From Eledone cirrhosa (lineage: Eukaryota): a DNA stretch of 64,000 nucleotides. Each line of letters starts with the position of its first letter. Positions within the stretch are counted from its first letter, which is position 1. Where the stretch lies: the NCBI GenBank assembly GCA_964016885.1, contig OZ024747.1, positions 23,002,001-23,066,000 on the forward strand, read 5' to 3'. The notes beneath the pieces are model-generated. The model ran no database searches and was not told the origin of the DNA. It was given only the letters and a program-made list of their open reading frames with translations. This document shows positions 13,501-28,296 of the stretch, piece after piece. The position numbers and the translations under genes were made by a program.

Positions 13501-15429
13501 ATTGTGGCATTGATAGGACATTAATATTGTGGCATTGATAGGACATTAATATTGTGGCCTTGATAGGACATTAATATTGTGGCCTTGATAGGACATTAAT
13601 ATTGTGGCATTGATAGGACATTAATATTGTGGCATTGATAGGACATTAATATTGTGGCATTGATAGGACATTAATATTGTGGCATTGATAGGACATTAAT
13701 ATTGTGGCATTGATAGGACATTAATATTGTGGCCTTCATAGGACATTAATATTGTGGCATTGATAGGACATTAATATTGTGGCATTGATAGGACATTAAT
13801 TTTGTGGCATTGATAGGACATTAATATTGTGGCCTTGATAGGACATTAATATTGTGGCATTGATAGGACATTAATATTGTGGCATTGATAGGACATTAAT
13901 ATTGTGGCATTGATAGGACATTAATATTGTGGCATTGATAGGACATTAATATTGTGGCCTTGATAGGACATTAATATTGTGGCCTTGATAGGACATTAAT
14001 ATTGTGGCATTGATAGGACATTAATATTGTGGCCTTGATAGGACATTAATATTGTGGCATTGATAGGACATTAATATTGTGGCATTGATAGGACATTAAT
14101 ATTGTGGCCTTGATAGGACATTAATATTGTGGCATTGATAGGACATTAATATTGTGGCATTGATAGGACATTAATATTGTGGCATTGATAGGACATTAAT
14201 ATTGTGGCATTGATAGGACATTAATATTGTGGCATTGATAGGACATTAATATTGTGGCCTTGATAGGACATTAATATTGTGGCCTTGATAGGACATTAAT
14301 ATTGTGGCCTTGATAGGACATTAATATTGTGGCATTGATAGGACATTAATATTGTGGCATTGATAGGACATTAATTTTGTGGCATTGATAGGACATTAAT
14401 ATTGTGGCCTTGATAGGACATTAATATTGTGGCATTGATAGGACATTAATATTGTGGCCTTGATAGGACATTAATATTGTGGCCTTGATAGGACATTAAT
14501 ATTGTGGCATTGATAGGACATTAATATTGTGGTCTTGATAGGACATTAATATTGTGGCATTGATAGGACATTAATATTGTGGTCTTGATAGGACATTAAT
14601 ATTGTGGTCTTGATAGGACATTAATATTGTGGCCTTGATAGGACATTAATATTGTGGCCTTGATAGGACATTAATATTGTGGCCTTGATAGGACATTAAT
14701 ATTGTGGCATTGATAGGACATTAATATTGTGGCATTGATAGGACATTAATATTGTGGCCTTGATAGGACATTAATATTGTGGCATTGATAGGACATTAAT
14801 ATTGTGGCATTGATAGGACATTAATATTGTGGCCTTGATAGGACATTAATATTGTGGCCTTGATAGGACATTAATATTGTGGCCTTGATAGGACATTAAT
14901 ATTGTGGCCTTGATAGGACATTAATATTGTGGCATTGATAGGACATTAATATTGTGGCATTGATAGGACATTAATTTTGTGGCATTGATAGGACATTAAT
15001 ATTGTGGCCTTGATAGGACATTAATATTGTGGCATTGATAGGACATTAATATTGTGGCCTTGATAGGACATTAATATTGTGGCCTTGATAGGACATTAAT
15101 ATTGTGGCCTTGATAGGACATTAATATTGTGGCATTGATAGGACATTAATATTGTGGCATTGATAGGACATTAATATTGTGGCATTGATAGGACATTAAT
15201 TTTGTGGCATTGATAGGACATTAATATTGTGGCATTGATAGGACATTAATATTGTGGCATTGATAGGACATTAATATTGTGGCATTGATAGGACATTAAT
15301 ATTGTGGCCTTGATAGGACATTAATATTGTGGCATTGATAGGACATTAATATTGTGGCATTGATAGGACATTAATATTGTGGCATTGATAGGACATTAAT
15401 ATTGTGGCATTGATAGGACATTAATATTG
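10551..15429. repeat. Tandem satellite, 25-bp monomer attgtggc(a/c)ttgataggacattaat, about 195 copies
   Basis: Directly visible; no unique spacers. Confidence 0.98.
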
Positions 15430-15469
15430 AAGTGGATTCTAATCATTATGGTGAATACTATTTTGACAT

Positions 15470-15834
15470 CGTTATCATCATCATCATCATAATCACCATC
15501 ACCATCACCATCATCGTCATCGTCACCATCATCATCATTATTATCCTCATCATCATCATTGTCGTAGTCATCATCATTATCACCGTCATCGTCATCATCA
15601 TCATCACCATCATCATCACCAACATCACCATCATCATCAACACCATCACCATCACCACCACCATCACCACCACCACCACCACCACCACCCGCACCATCAT
15701 CATCATCACCACAACATCACCACCACCACCACCACCACCATCATCATCATCACCATCAACTTCACAACCACCATATCATCATCACCACCACCACCAACAC
15801 CACCACCAGCACCACCACCACAAGCACCACCAGC

Positions 15835-15865
<31 letters not shown>

Positions 15866-15951
15866 GCAACAGCACCACCACCACCACCACCACCACCAGC
15901 ACCACCACCACCACCAGCAACACCACCACCACCACCACCACCACCACTACC

Positions 15952-15982
<31 letters not shown>

Positions 15983-16065
15983 CCACCACCACCACCACCA
16001 CCAGCAACACCACCACCACCACCACCACCACCACCACCACCAGCACCAGCACCACCACCACCACC

Positions 16066-16123
<58 letters not shown>

Positions 16124-16146
16124 CCACCACCACCAGCACCACCACC

Positions 16147-16177
<31 letters not shown>

Positions 16178-16230
16178 CCACCACCACCACCACCAGCAAC
16201 ACCACCACCACCACCACCACCATCATCATC
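15470..16230. repeat. (CAT)n/(CAC)n microsatellite; a further (CAT)n at 16457-16605
   Basis: Directly visible. Confidence 0.95.
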
Positions 16231-16455
16231 GTTTTAAACTTACCAGTAGTAATTTTAATGCTTTAGAAAATGTGAACGTCAACAAGAAAGCTATTTAGAA
16301 TGATCTCAGTATCTCCAGTGAATATTAAATCTACCTTTTCACCTTCAATTACTGGTTCCAGTCATTGAACTGTCACCTTGATAGGACATTGACATCGAAT
16401 TGGGTTCTATAAGTTATGGTGAATACTGATTAATAATTTATGTGGAAATTACGAT

Positions 16456-16488
<33 letters not shown>

Positions 16489-16513
16489 GGCCTCATCATC
16501 ATCATCATCGGCC

Positions 16514-16545
<32 letters not shown>

Positions 16546-16849
16546 GTCGTCCTCATCATCATCATCGACACCATCATCATCATCATCATCATCGTCATCG
16601 TCGTTTTTACGTTGACTTTTCCATGTCGGCATGGGTTGGACGGAACTTTTTGAGGCAATATTTTACAGTTGGACGCCCTTCCTGATAACAAACCTTTTAG
16701 TTGCTTCTTACAGCACACATGGATATGGTGTACATATTCTTAACTGGTTACATACATAATAAAATCTGAAGACTTATTACAACAAAATATACAGTTATAA
16801 AATACTGCAAAAAATGGACATGAAAAGAAAGAATTCTAGATTAAGAATA

Positions 16850-17028
16850 ATTGTTTCTACTTTTGGCACAAGGCCAGCAATTATTCCAGTGTATTACTGG
16901 TACTTTATTTTATCGACCCTGTAAGGATGAAAAGTAAAGTTAACCTCGGCGGGATTTGAACTCAGACCGTAAAGGGGCGTAACTATGCTGGAAAGCATGG
17001 CGTCCGACCCTCTACCGATACTGCCAAT
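16850..17028 (-). mobile_element. SINE family A copy
   Basis: Reverse complement of 9926-10110; TSD taagaataat. Confidence 0.9.
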
Positions 17029-17449
17029 AAGAATAATGAATTATAAAAACACAAATACAAAAAAAAAAAAAAAATAATAGTAGATGAATGAGAAGAAAAA
17101 CAAGAAAGAAACAGAAAAGTGAAAAAACAAATCACATACACAAGCATATGTCCACATGAATATATATGAGCTTTAAGGAAGTTTGTCAGGTAAAGATATA
17201 TGGTCCTGTTTCGTAATATTTGCTTATGAAAATGTCTAAACTTCATTTTAAAAAATCTGTCCAGGTATTCAAATAAAGATCATCATTAAGTAGATATTGG
17301 AAATTTAAACAAACCCTTTTTTTATTTTTTTATAAACATACAATTTTGGCCTCACTGTTAGAAAGAGAATATTCATTTGTTCATGTAGAGATTTGTATCT
17401 CATAGCTTTTTATAGGGTATACAAATTAGAACTCAGCTAATTTCTTTAG

Positions 17450-17670
17450 TGGAGGCAAACGGCCGCGTAATGTTGTAGATTTGATTCCAGTATTGGGTTC
17501 TGTGTTGTGTTCTTGAGCAAAGCACTTCATTTCAAGTTGCTCCAGTATACTCAGCTGAAAATGAATATCAGCAGTAGCTGGGGGGTTTAACCCTGCGATA
17601 GACTGTCATCCTGACCAGGTGGAGTCTTGTACTCTCAGTCACTTCACACCACGGAAACCAGGAATTCTTG
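17450..17670 (+). mobile_element. Old tRNA-derived SINE related to family B
   Basis: tgttgtgttcttgagcaaagcacttcatttcaagttgctccagtatactcagctg matches the middle of 47798-48140. Confidence 0.6.
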
Positions 17671-17813
17671 GAACCTTTAACCATACTCGAGGATTTAACA
17701 TCTGGAAACTTATATTACATAAATACATTAACCACATTGAGAAAAATATCTGGTAAGCTGTTCTTTCACTATTGTTTACATATTCATTCCACATATATAG
17801 AAATTTTACCAAC

Positions 17814-18041
17814 TTAACCCTTTAGCATTCACATTACTCTATATATACTATTATATTTTCATGGTAAATGCTTTATCTCACATACTTATCTCACATAATA
17901 TCGAATCTATGAGATTTTGAAAGTATTTATTTTGAGAACAATACCTTAACATCAGTTTGAGTGACCAGTTACAGCCAGTTTCAACAGAAAAAGGTAGAGA
18001 ATTCTGGCCAGTTTTGGCCGGTTTGAACATTAAAGGGTTAA
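17814..18041. mobile_element. piggyBac-type MITE family C (about 225 bp)
   Basis: TTAA-CCCTTTAGCATT ... AACATTAAAGGG-TTAA; TTAA target duplication; about 8 copies in the window. Confidence 0.85.
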
Positions 18042-19309
18042 AGTGAAAACTTCCTTATCTTCACACACACACACACACATACACACACATATATATATAC
18101 ATATCCATTGTGTCATGTATATATACAAAATGATACATCTCTATCTATTGCAGTTATTGTTTTGGGAATGTTTTATTTGATGTATATATTTTTATATTTT
18201 GGCTACTAATGCTTCTGTTCTCACAGTTCTTGTTGCATCTTTCTCTCTGTTTACTTCTTTTTTTTAAATTTTATTTTAATTTTATTTTACTCTTAAAATT
18301 CTATAATGATTTTGTAAAAAAATATATAAAATTAGGGTTTGTTAATTCAAATGTTCATAGTATCTTTACTAATGGACGCATCAGTGTGAAAATTGTTACT
18401 AGTGTTCGAGTAAAGATTTTGATTTTTAATGTAAAGCAGTCATGGTGTTTTGTTTTTTTTTGTACTTTTCAAGAATGTTTTGCTAATGTGGTTTCATGTG
18501 GTACAAATGTTAAGAATTAAGTATCATATGTTTCATATATTTTGTGTTATTCTTCAAATAAAGTTAAAGAAAGCTTCCAACTTTGAAATCATTACTTTAA
18601 ACTTACACTCTCCCTCTCCCCCCTCTTCTTCTTTATCTTCCTTTGATTAGGAGATTCTAACCTGGAAATATTATGAAATATAAGGTTAAAAACTATTGTT
18701 TTGTTCTCTTTACTCTAGTTCCACCATTATATTTTTTCTTTGCATTGCACCGGCTTTCCCAAAACATTCTTAACCACATATCTCACAATACATCATATAA
18801 ATTACACTCTTCCTTCTCCTCCTATTTCTCCACCGTCTCATATAAACTGTTGCAATTTACTTTATCTTTTTTTTAATATTCCCGACAGATTGCTGAATGC
18901 CTAGCTTATTGATTTCTATGATTTCTGTCTAGAAAAAGTTGGCCAACTATTTTTTTCTCCAGATGTTGTAAACAAACTATTTTGGTAAGATTGACAAGGA
19001 AACATAAAAAATAAATAAATAAATATATATATATTTCATAACAAAAAAATAAATAAAACAATAATAATAATAATATATTATAAAAATACCAACAACAACA
19101 AAAAATATAAATAATTATAATAATAATAATAATAATATAAATGATAATAATAATGATGATGATGATGATGATAAATTATAGATAGTAACAACAACAAATA
19201 AATTAGCAAAAACAACAACAACAGCAGTAATAAAATTCCAAGAAGAAGAGCAGCAGCAACAACAACAACAACAACAACAATAATAATAACACATCATCAA
19301 TGGTCTCAC

Positions 19310-22300
19310 CTACAAAAACAACAACAACAACAACGAACCACCACAACCAATAACAGTACCACCACCACAACTAACAACAACAGCACCACCACAACCAACA
19401 ACACCACCACCACAACTAACAACAACACCACCACCACAACTAACAACAACAGCACCTCTACAACTAACAACAACAGCACCACAACTAACAACAAGACCAC
19501 CACAACTAACACCACCACCACCACAACTAACAACAACAGCACCTCTACAACTAACAACAACAGCACCACAACTAACAACAAGACCACCACAACTAACAAC
19601 AACAGCACCACCACAACTAACAACAACACCACCACAACTAACAACAACAGCACCACCACAACTAACAACAACACCACCACCACAACCGACAACAGCACCA
19701 CCACAAATAACAACAAGACCACCACAACTAACAACAACACCACCACAACTAACAACAACAGCACCACCACAACCAACAACACCACCACCACCACAACCAA
19801 CAACAGCACCACCAGAACTAACAACAACAGCAACACAACTAACAACACCACCACCACAACCAACAACAGCACCATCACCACCATCACCACAACTAACAAC
19901 AACACCACCACAACTAACAACAACACCATCACAACTAACAACAACACCACCACCACAACTAACAACAGAACCACCACAACTAATAACAACACCACCACAA
20001 CTAACAACAACACCATCACAACTAACAACAACACCACCACCACAACTAACAACAACAGCACAACAACAGCACAACAACAACTAACAACAACACCACCAGA
20101 ACTAATAACAACACCACCACAACTAGCAACAACAGCACCACCACAACTAATAACAACACTATCACCACAACTAACAACAACAGCACCACCAGAACTAATA
20201 ACAACACCACCACCACAACTAACAACAGCACCACCACACCTAACAACAACACCACCACAACCAACAACAACACCACCACCACAATTAACAACAACAGCAC
20301 CACCACAACCAACAACAACACCACCACCACAACTAACAACAACAGCACCACCACAACCAACAACAACACCACCACCACCACAACTAACAACAGCAGCACC
20401 ACCACAACTAACACCACCACCACAACCAACAACAACAGCACCACCACAACCAACAACAACACCACCACCACCACAACTAACAATAACAACACCACCACAA
20501 CTAACAACAACAGCACCACCACAACCAACAACAACACCACCACCACAACTAACAACAACACCACCACCACAACTAACAACAACACCACCACCATCACAAC
20601 CAACAACAACACCACCACCACAACCAACAACAACACGACCACCACAACTAACAACAACACCACGACCACCACAACTAACAACAACACCACCACAACTAAC
20701 AACAACAGCACCACCACAACTAACAACAACACCACCACAACTAACAACAACAGCACCACCACAACTAACAACAACACCACCACCACAACCAACAACAGCA
20801 CCACCACAACTAACAACAAGACCACCACAACTAACAACAACACCACCACAACTAACAACAACAGCACCACCACAACCAACAACACCACCACCACAACCAA
20901 CAACAGCACCACCAGAACTAACAACAACAGCAACACAACTAACAACACCACCACCACAACCAACAACAGCACCACCACAACTAACAACAGAACCACCACA
21001 ACTAATAACAACACCACCACAACTAACAACAACACCATCACAACTAACAACAACACCACCACCACAACTAACAACAACAGCACAACGACAACTAATAACA
21101 ACAGCACCACCACAACTAACAACAACACCACCACAACTAACAACAACAGCACCACCACAACCAACAACAACACCACCACCACAACTAACAACAACACCAC
21201 CACCACAACTAACAACAACACCACCACCATCAGAACCAACAACAACACCACCACCACAACCAACAACAACACGACCACCACAACGAACAACAACACCACG
21301 ACCACCACAACTAACAACAACACCACCACAACTAACAACAACAGCACCACCACAACTAACAACAACACCACCACAACTAACAACAACAACAGCAACACAA
21401 CTAACAACACCACCACCACAACCAACAACAGCACCACCACAACTAACAACAGAACCACCACAAATAACAACAACACCACCACAACTAACAACAACAGCAC
21501 CACCACAACCAACAACACCACCACCACAACCAACAACAGCACCACCAGAACTAACAACAACAGCAACACAACTAACAACAACAACACCACCACAACCAAC
21601 AACAGCACCACCACAACTAACAACAGAACCACCACAACTAATAACAACACCACCACAACTAACAACAACACCATCACAACTAACAACAACACCACCACCA
21701 CAACTAACAACAACAGCACAACAACTAATAACAACAGCACCACCACAACTAACAACAACAGCACAACCAACAACAGCACCACCACAACTAACAACAGAAC
21801 CACCACAACTAATAACAACACCACCACAACTAACAACAACACCATCACAACTAACAACAACACCACCACCACAACTAACAACAACAGCACAACAACTAAT
21901 AACAACAGCACCACCACAACTAACAACAACAGCACAACGACAACTAATAACAACAGCACCACCACAACTAACAACAACACCACCACAACTAACAACAACA
22001 GCACCACCACCACAACTAAAAACAACACCACGACCACCACAACTAACAGCAACACCACCACCACAACCAACAACAACACCACCATCACCACAACTAACAA
22101 CAACAGCACAACCACCACAACTAACAACAACAGCACCACCACAACCAACAACAACACCACCACCACCACAACTAACAACAACAGCACCATCACAACTAAC
22201 AACAACACCACCACCACAACCAACAACAACACCACCACAACTAACAACAACAGCACCATCACAACTAACAACAACAACACCACCACAACCAACAACAACA

Positions 22301-24655
22301 GCACCACCACCACAACCAACAACAACAGCACCACAACAACCAACAACAACACCACCACCACAACCAACAACACCACGACCACCACCACAACCAACAACAA
22401 CGCCACCACAACAACCAACAACAACACCACCATCACCACAACTAACAAGAACAGCACCACCACAACCAACAACAACACCACCACCACCACAACTAACAAC
22501 AACAGCACCACCACAACCGACAACAACACCACCATCACCACAACTAACAACAATAACACCACCACAACTAACAACAACAACACCACCATCACCACAACTA
22601 ACAACAACAGCACCACCACAACCAACAACAACACCACCACCACCACAACTAACAACAACACCACCACCACAACTAACAACAACAGCACCACTACACCTAA
22701 CAACAACAACACCACCACAACCAACGACAATAGCACCACCACAACTAACAACAACACCACCACCACAACCAACAACAATAGCACCACCACAACCAACAAC
22801 AACACCACCACCACCACAACTAACAACAACACCACCACCACAACTAACAACAACAGCACCACCACACCTAACAACAACAACACCACCACAACCAACAACA
22901 ATAGCACCACCACAACTAACAACAACAACACCACCACAACCAACAACAGTACCACCACCACCACAACCAACAACAACAGCACCACCACAACTAACAACAA
23001 CAACACCACCACAACCAACAACAACACCACCACCACAACTAACAACAACAGCACCACCACAACCAACAACAACACCACCACCACAATTAACAACACCACC
23101 ATCACCACAACCAACAACAACACCACCACCACAACCAACAACAACACCACCACCACCACCCCCACAACTAACAACAACACCACCACCACAACCAACAACA
23201 ACAGCACCACCACAACTAACAACAACAGCACCACCACAACCAACAACAGCACCACCACCACCACAACTAACAAAAACAACACCACCACAACCAACAACAA
23301 CACCACCATCACCACAACTAACAACAATAACACCACCACAACTAACAACAACAACACCACCATCACCACAACTAACAACAACAGCACCACCACAACTAAC
23401 AACAACACCACCACCACCACCACCAAAACTAACAACAACATCACCACCACAACCAACAACAGCACCACCACCACCACAACTAACAACAACAACACCACCA
23501 CAACCAACAACAACACCACCATCACCACAACTAACAACAATAACACCACCACAACTAACAACAACAACACCACCATCACCACAACTAACAACAACAGCAC
23601 CACCACAACTAACAACAACAACACCACCACCACCACAACTAACAACAACAGCACCACCACAACTAACAACAACACCACCACCACCACCACAACTAACAAC
23701 AACAGCACCACCACACCTAACAACAACAACACCACCACAACCAACAACAATAGCACCACCACAACTAACAACAACACCACCACCACCACAACCAACAACA
23801 CCACCACCACCACAACCAGCAGCAGCACCACCACCACCACAACCAACAACAACAGCACCACCACAACTAACAACAACAACACCACCACAACTAACAACAA
23901 CAGCACCACCACGACTAACAACACCACCATCACCACAACCAACAACAACACCACCACCACCACCAACAACAACACCACCACCACAACTAACAACAACAGC
24001 ACCACCACACCCAACAACAGCACCACCACAACCAACAACACCACCACCACCACAACCAACAACAAAAGCACCACCACAACCAACAACAACACCACCACCA
24101 CCACAACCAACAACAATAGCACCACCACCACCACAACCAACAACAATAGCACCACCACAACTAACAACAACACCACCACCACCACAACCAACAACAATAG
24201 CACCACCACAACTAACAACAACACCACCACCACAACCAACAACAATAGCACCACCACAACTAACAACAACACCACCACCACAACCAACAACAATAGCACC
24301 ACCACAACTAACAACAACACCACCACCACAACCAACAACAATAGCACCACCACAACTAACAACAACACCACCACCACAACCAACAACAATAGCACCACCA
24401 CAACTAACAACAACACCACCACCACAACCAACAACAGCACCACCATCACCACAACCAACAACAACACCATCACCACAACCAACAACACCACCACCACCAC
24501 AACCAACAACAATAGCATCACCACAACCAACAACAACACCACCACCACCACAACCAAAAACAATAGCACCACCACAACTAACAACAACACCACCACCACA
24601 ACCAACAACAGCACCACCACAACCAACAACAACAACAACAACAGCACCACCAACA
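19310..24655. repeat. Complex trinucleotide-phased minisatellite (cca cca caa c[t/c]a aca aca aca variants)
   Basis: Directly visible; internal block duplications. Confidence 0.95.
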
Positions 24656-25009
24656 AAACAAAACAACAGCAACAATAACGAGACCAACAAAAAACAAACC
24701 AATATTAACAAAAACAAAATGAGAACAACAACAACAACAACAACAATGAACACAAAATACTTAGACGAACAACAACTGCAACTGGAGCAATAACATCATC
24801 ACCAACAACAACAACATTAACAACAAAAGCACCAATCATAACAACAACCATAACAACAATAAGAATATCAACGAAAAGGAAAAATAAAATGGATAACAGA
24901 GAGAGAGAGAAAGTCTAGGGTGGCAGGGTGAAGGGGGGAAGTGGGGAGAGGGGGTCTATTAAGGAAGAAAATCTTATGAAAATAAGGCTGATGTCATTGA
25001 ACTGAGAAA

Positions 25010-25415
25010 ATAACAACAACAACAATAATAGCAATTACAACAACAACAAAAATAACAACAATAATAATACTAACAACAACAATAATATCAATAACAACAA
25101 TAATAAAAACAACAACAAGAACAAAAAATAGCAATAATAACAACAACAACAACAATAAAAACAACAACAACAACAAAAATAGCAATAACAACAACAACAA
25201 CAATAATAAAAACAACAACAACAAAAATAGCAATAACAACAACAGCAACAATAAAAACAACAACAACAACAACAAAAATAGCAATAACAACAACAACAAC
25301 AATAATAAAAACAACAACAACAACAACAACAAAAATAGCAATAACAACAACAACAACAATAATAAAAACAACAACAACAAAAAGAGCAATAACAACAACA
25401 ATAACAACAACAAAA
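25010..25415. repeat. (AAC)n/(AAT)n compound minisatellite
   Basis: Repeating aaaaatagcaataacaacaac units. Confidence 0.9.
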
Positions 25416-25934
25416 ATCAATTTAATGATATGGACTGTAGTAGAGAAAGTGAAATGCACTCAGTAACCCCAGAGTTATTGAATAGAATGATGCGTCTGAT
25501 TCTTCACGGATGCATTTCCGCTGGAGGCTTATACTCTTACAGAACACGGAACTATATTTCGATAGACGGCTGGTTCATTGAAAAAGTATTTTGAATGGAA
25601 ACATGTTAAAATATATAAATAAATACATAAATATATAAATAAGTTGAATGCATAATATTATTTGTATAATATAATTTTTGGTTGTTTTATTAATTTATTT
25701 TTTATTTCTTCTTCTTCTTCTTCTTCTTCTTCTTCTTCTTCTTCTTCTTCTTCTTTGTCTTCTTCCTATTGTACTTTTGATAATTATATTTTTCGAAACA
25801 CAAATATTTGTGGATTGAATAAATAAATGAATATATTTAAAAAAAGGCTTTAAAATTATTAAAATAATTGCAACAAAAGAGAATTAATACTTTTAAAAGA
25901 AAGTCAAGGTTTAACACAGAATCAGTTTACAAAT

Positions 25935-25975
<41 letters not shown>

Positions 25976-26002
25976 CATTATATGTATATATATACATATA
26001 TA

Positions 26003-26350
26003 TCATTTCATTTTATCATTTCATTTTACGTCCGCTTTTTCCCTGCTTGCAAGGGTGGGACAGGAACTGATTCTGGCTAGATTTCTACAGCTGGATGCCC
26101 TTCCTAACACCAACCTCATTTACAGTGAGTGCTGGGTGCTTTTTTTTGCCGTGGCACCTCCACGACCACTTTGCAGTGGAATGATAGGGACCCTAGTCCC
26201 TATCATCTCATTTCTACAGCTGAGTAAACTGGAGCAATGTGAAATAAAGTGTCTTGCTCAAGGAAACAACACATCACCCGGTCTGAGAATTGAACTCACA
26301 ACCTTTCGATTACAAGGCCAATGCTCTAACCACTAAGCCATGTGCCTCCA
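26003..26350 (-). mobile_element. tRNA-derived SINE family B, full length
   Basis: High-identity reverse complement of 47798-48140; (GAAAT)n tail; local 19-bp duplication of the head at 26353-26371. Confidence 0.9.
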
Positions 26351-26569
26351 TACTAAGCCATGTGCCTCCATCTATGTATATATACATATATATATACATA
26401 TATATATATGTATAAATGAAAGGTATAGAAAACATTGTAGCGAAAAGCCAACAGTATTCCATAATATATATATATATGTATCTATGTTTACATGTCAACA
26501 CAAGAGCAAGAATGGCAGAGTGATTCTACAGACATGACTTAAAGAGGCTGTTTGCATAATTGCCAACGA

Positions 26570-27090
26570 ATCATCATCATCATCATCATCATCATCATTT
26601 TATGTCGGCTTTTCCCTGCTTGCAAGGGCTGGACGGGTCCTATTCAGCACAGCATCTCTCCACCCGTCACTATCCTTCGTCATCTCCTCGGTGAGTGTCA
26701 GCGATCTGAGGTCTGCTCTCCTCACCTCCGCCCATGTTTTTTTCGTGGACTACCTCTACTGCGTCTTCCCTCCACTGGGACTTCCTGGCACTTCTTCACC
26801 CAGCGGTCATCCTCCATGCACATTATTCGAAAAACTCAGACTATATATATATATATATATCAGACAGTCCACACTGTAATGTGGCCGTGTAGGCAACACG
26901 GTAAAAACCTCCCAGCCCCACACTGTAAATGTGGTTGGTGTTAGGAAGGGCATCCAGCTGTAGAAAACCCGCCAGACAGTCCTATGCGAGCAAGACAATC
27001 ACTCTTGCCTCAAGTGGGAAAACCCCCGTCCAAACCCATGCAAGCGTAGAACACGGACGTTAAACGATGATGATGATGATGATGATGATG
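26570..27090. mobile_element. Back-to-back fragments: RTE-type 3' tail (-, about 26570-26825) and SINE 3' part (+, about 26865-27090), each with a (GAT)n tail
   Basis: ttaggaagggcatccagctgtagaaa domain; ggacgttaaacgatgatgat tail. Confidence 0.7.
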
Positions 27091-27200
27091 ATATAGTCGG
27101 CTGATTAACTCACTCGATGTGCAGATTGGGCTGCTCGGCCGTTAATATGCATAAGGAAAGTATATACTTTCAGACGTTCAATCATCTGGCAGGAAGGTAT

Positions 27201-27243
27201 ACGTTGCTGACGATAGCTAATAAGCTTGAAACTAGTACAGCAT
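27201..27243 (+). ncRNA. Minimal type I hammerhead motif with palindromic helix III loop
   Basis: gttg-CTGACGA(27207-13)-t-agct-aata-agct-t-GAAA(27228-31)-CTAG-TA-cagc. Confidence 0.75.
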
Positions 27244-27360
27244 TCCTTTGTCAGTGTTGAACAAAAGAGCAACGATGGTTGCTAGGTACTGTACGGCTTA
27301 ATTCGAGATGTTTGTTTACAAACACACTGAGCATTATAATAAATGTTCAGTGAATCCATA

Positions 27361-27450
27361 CGTACATATATATATGTGTGCATGTATGTATATATATATA
27401 TACATACTACTGTACGTCTGTATACATATATGTATGTACGTATACATACT

Positions 27451-27481
<31 letters not shown>

Positions 27482-27731
27482 GTATGTATGTCTATATATA
27501 TATATGTGTATATATATCAAGTTTGATAAAGAAATGGGTTCATGTATGTATATATATACATATATGTGTGCATGTATGCATATATATATACATACTACTG
27601 TACGTCTGTATACGTATATGTATGTAAGTATACATACTTATATATATATATATGTATATATATATATGTATGTATGTCTATATATATATATGTGTGTGTG
27701 TATATATATCAAGTTTAATAAAGAAATGGGT
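27361..27731. repeat. Local tandem duplication of about 190 bp
   Basis: catactactgtacgtctgtatac...tcaagttt(g/a)ataaagaaatgggttc occurs twice. Confidence 0.85.
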
Positions 27732-27849
27732 TCTACAGGACTAGAACTCATGTATTGAGTACTTTACTAACTGTGGTTACACCTGACTGAACCTGGGACA
27801 TATATATATGGGGTGGGGTTCAGAGCTAGGCAAAAAAAGTAGGAAATAT

Positions 27850-28022
27850 TAGCAGTGTCAGTAGAGTGTTGGACAACATGCTTTACTGAGTTCAAATCTC
27901 GTTGAGGTTAGCTTTGCCTTTCATTCTTACAAGGTCATAAAGTACCAGTAATGTTCTGGGGTAGATTTAATAAACTCTCCCCTTCCAATTGCTGGCCTTG
28001 TGTCAAAAGTAGAAAAATTTAT
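27850..28022 (+). mobile_element. SINE family A, diverged
   Basis: gagttcaaatc, gcctttcattcttac, ttgctggccttgtg. Confidence 0.7.
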
Positions 28023-28067
28023 TATATTAGTAACACTTAATTAACTTACTGGAATATTTAGTTTTAT

Positions 28068-28296
28068 TTAACCCTTTAGCATTTACATTACTCTATATTT
28101 ACTATTGTATTTTCATGGTAAACGCTTTATCTCACATAATTATCTCACATAATATCGAATCTATGAGATTTTGATATTATTTATTTTGAGAATAACACCT
28201 TAATGTAGGTATGAGTGGCCAGTTACAGCTGGTCTAAACAGAAAGAGTTGAGAGAATTCTGGCCAGATATGGCCAGTTTAAATGCTAAAGGGTTAA
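28068..28296. mobile_element. piggyBac-type MITE family C
   Basis: ttaaccctttagcattt...aaatgctaaagggttaa. Confidence 0.9.

Noticed and set aside
10551-15429. CRISPR array
   Set aside because: Monomers are contiguous with no unique spacers; no cas genes; eukaryotic context
15432-16298. His-rich 288-aa ORF (also 3933-4601 and 37053-37970)
   Set aside because: (CAC)n microsatellite translations
18889-18984. Exon-like segment ending in g|gtaag
   Set aside because: Stops in all three frames from the upstream acceptor; no further support
19306-24753. 1815-aa and 1536-aa Val/Gly/Cys/Leu ORFs on the - strand
   Set aside because: Stop-free only because they are the antisense of an ACA/CCA repeat
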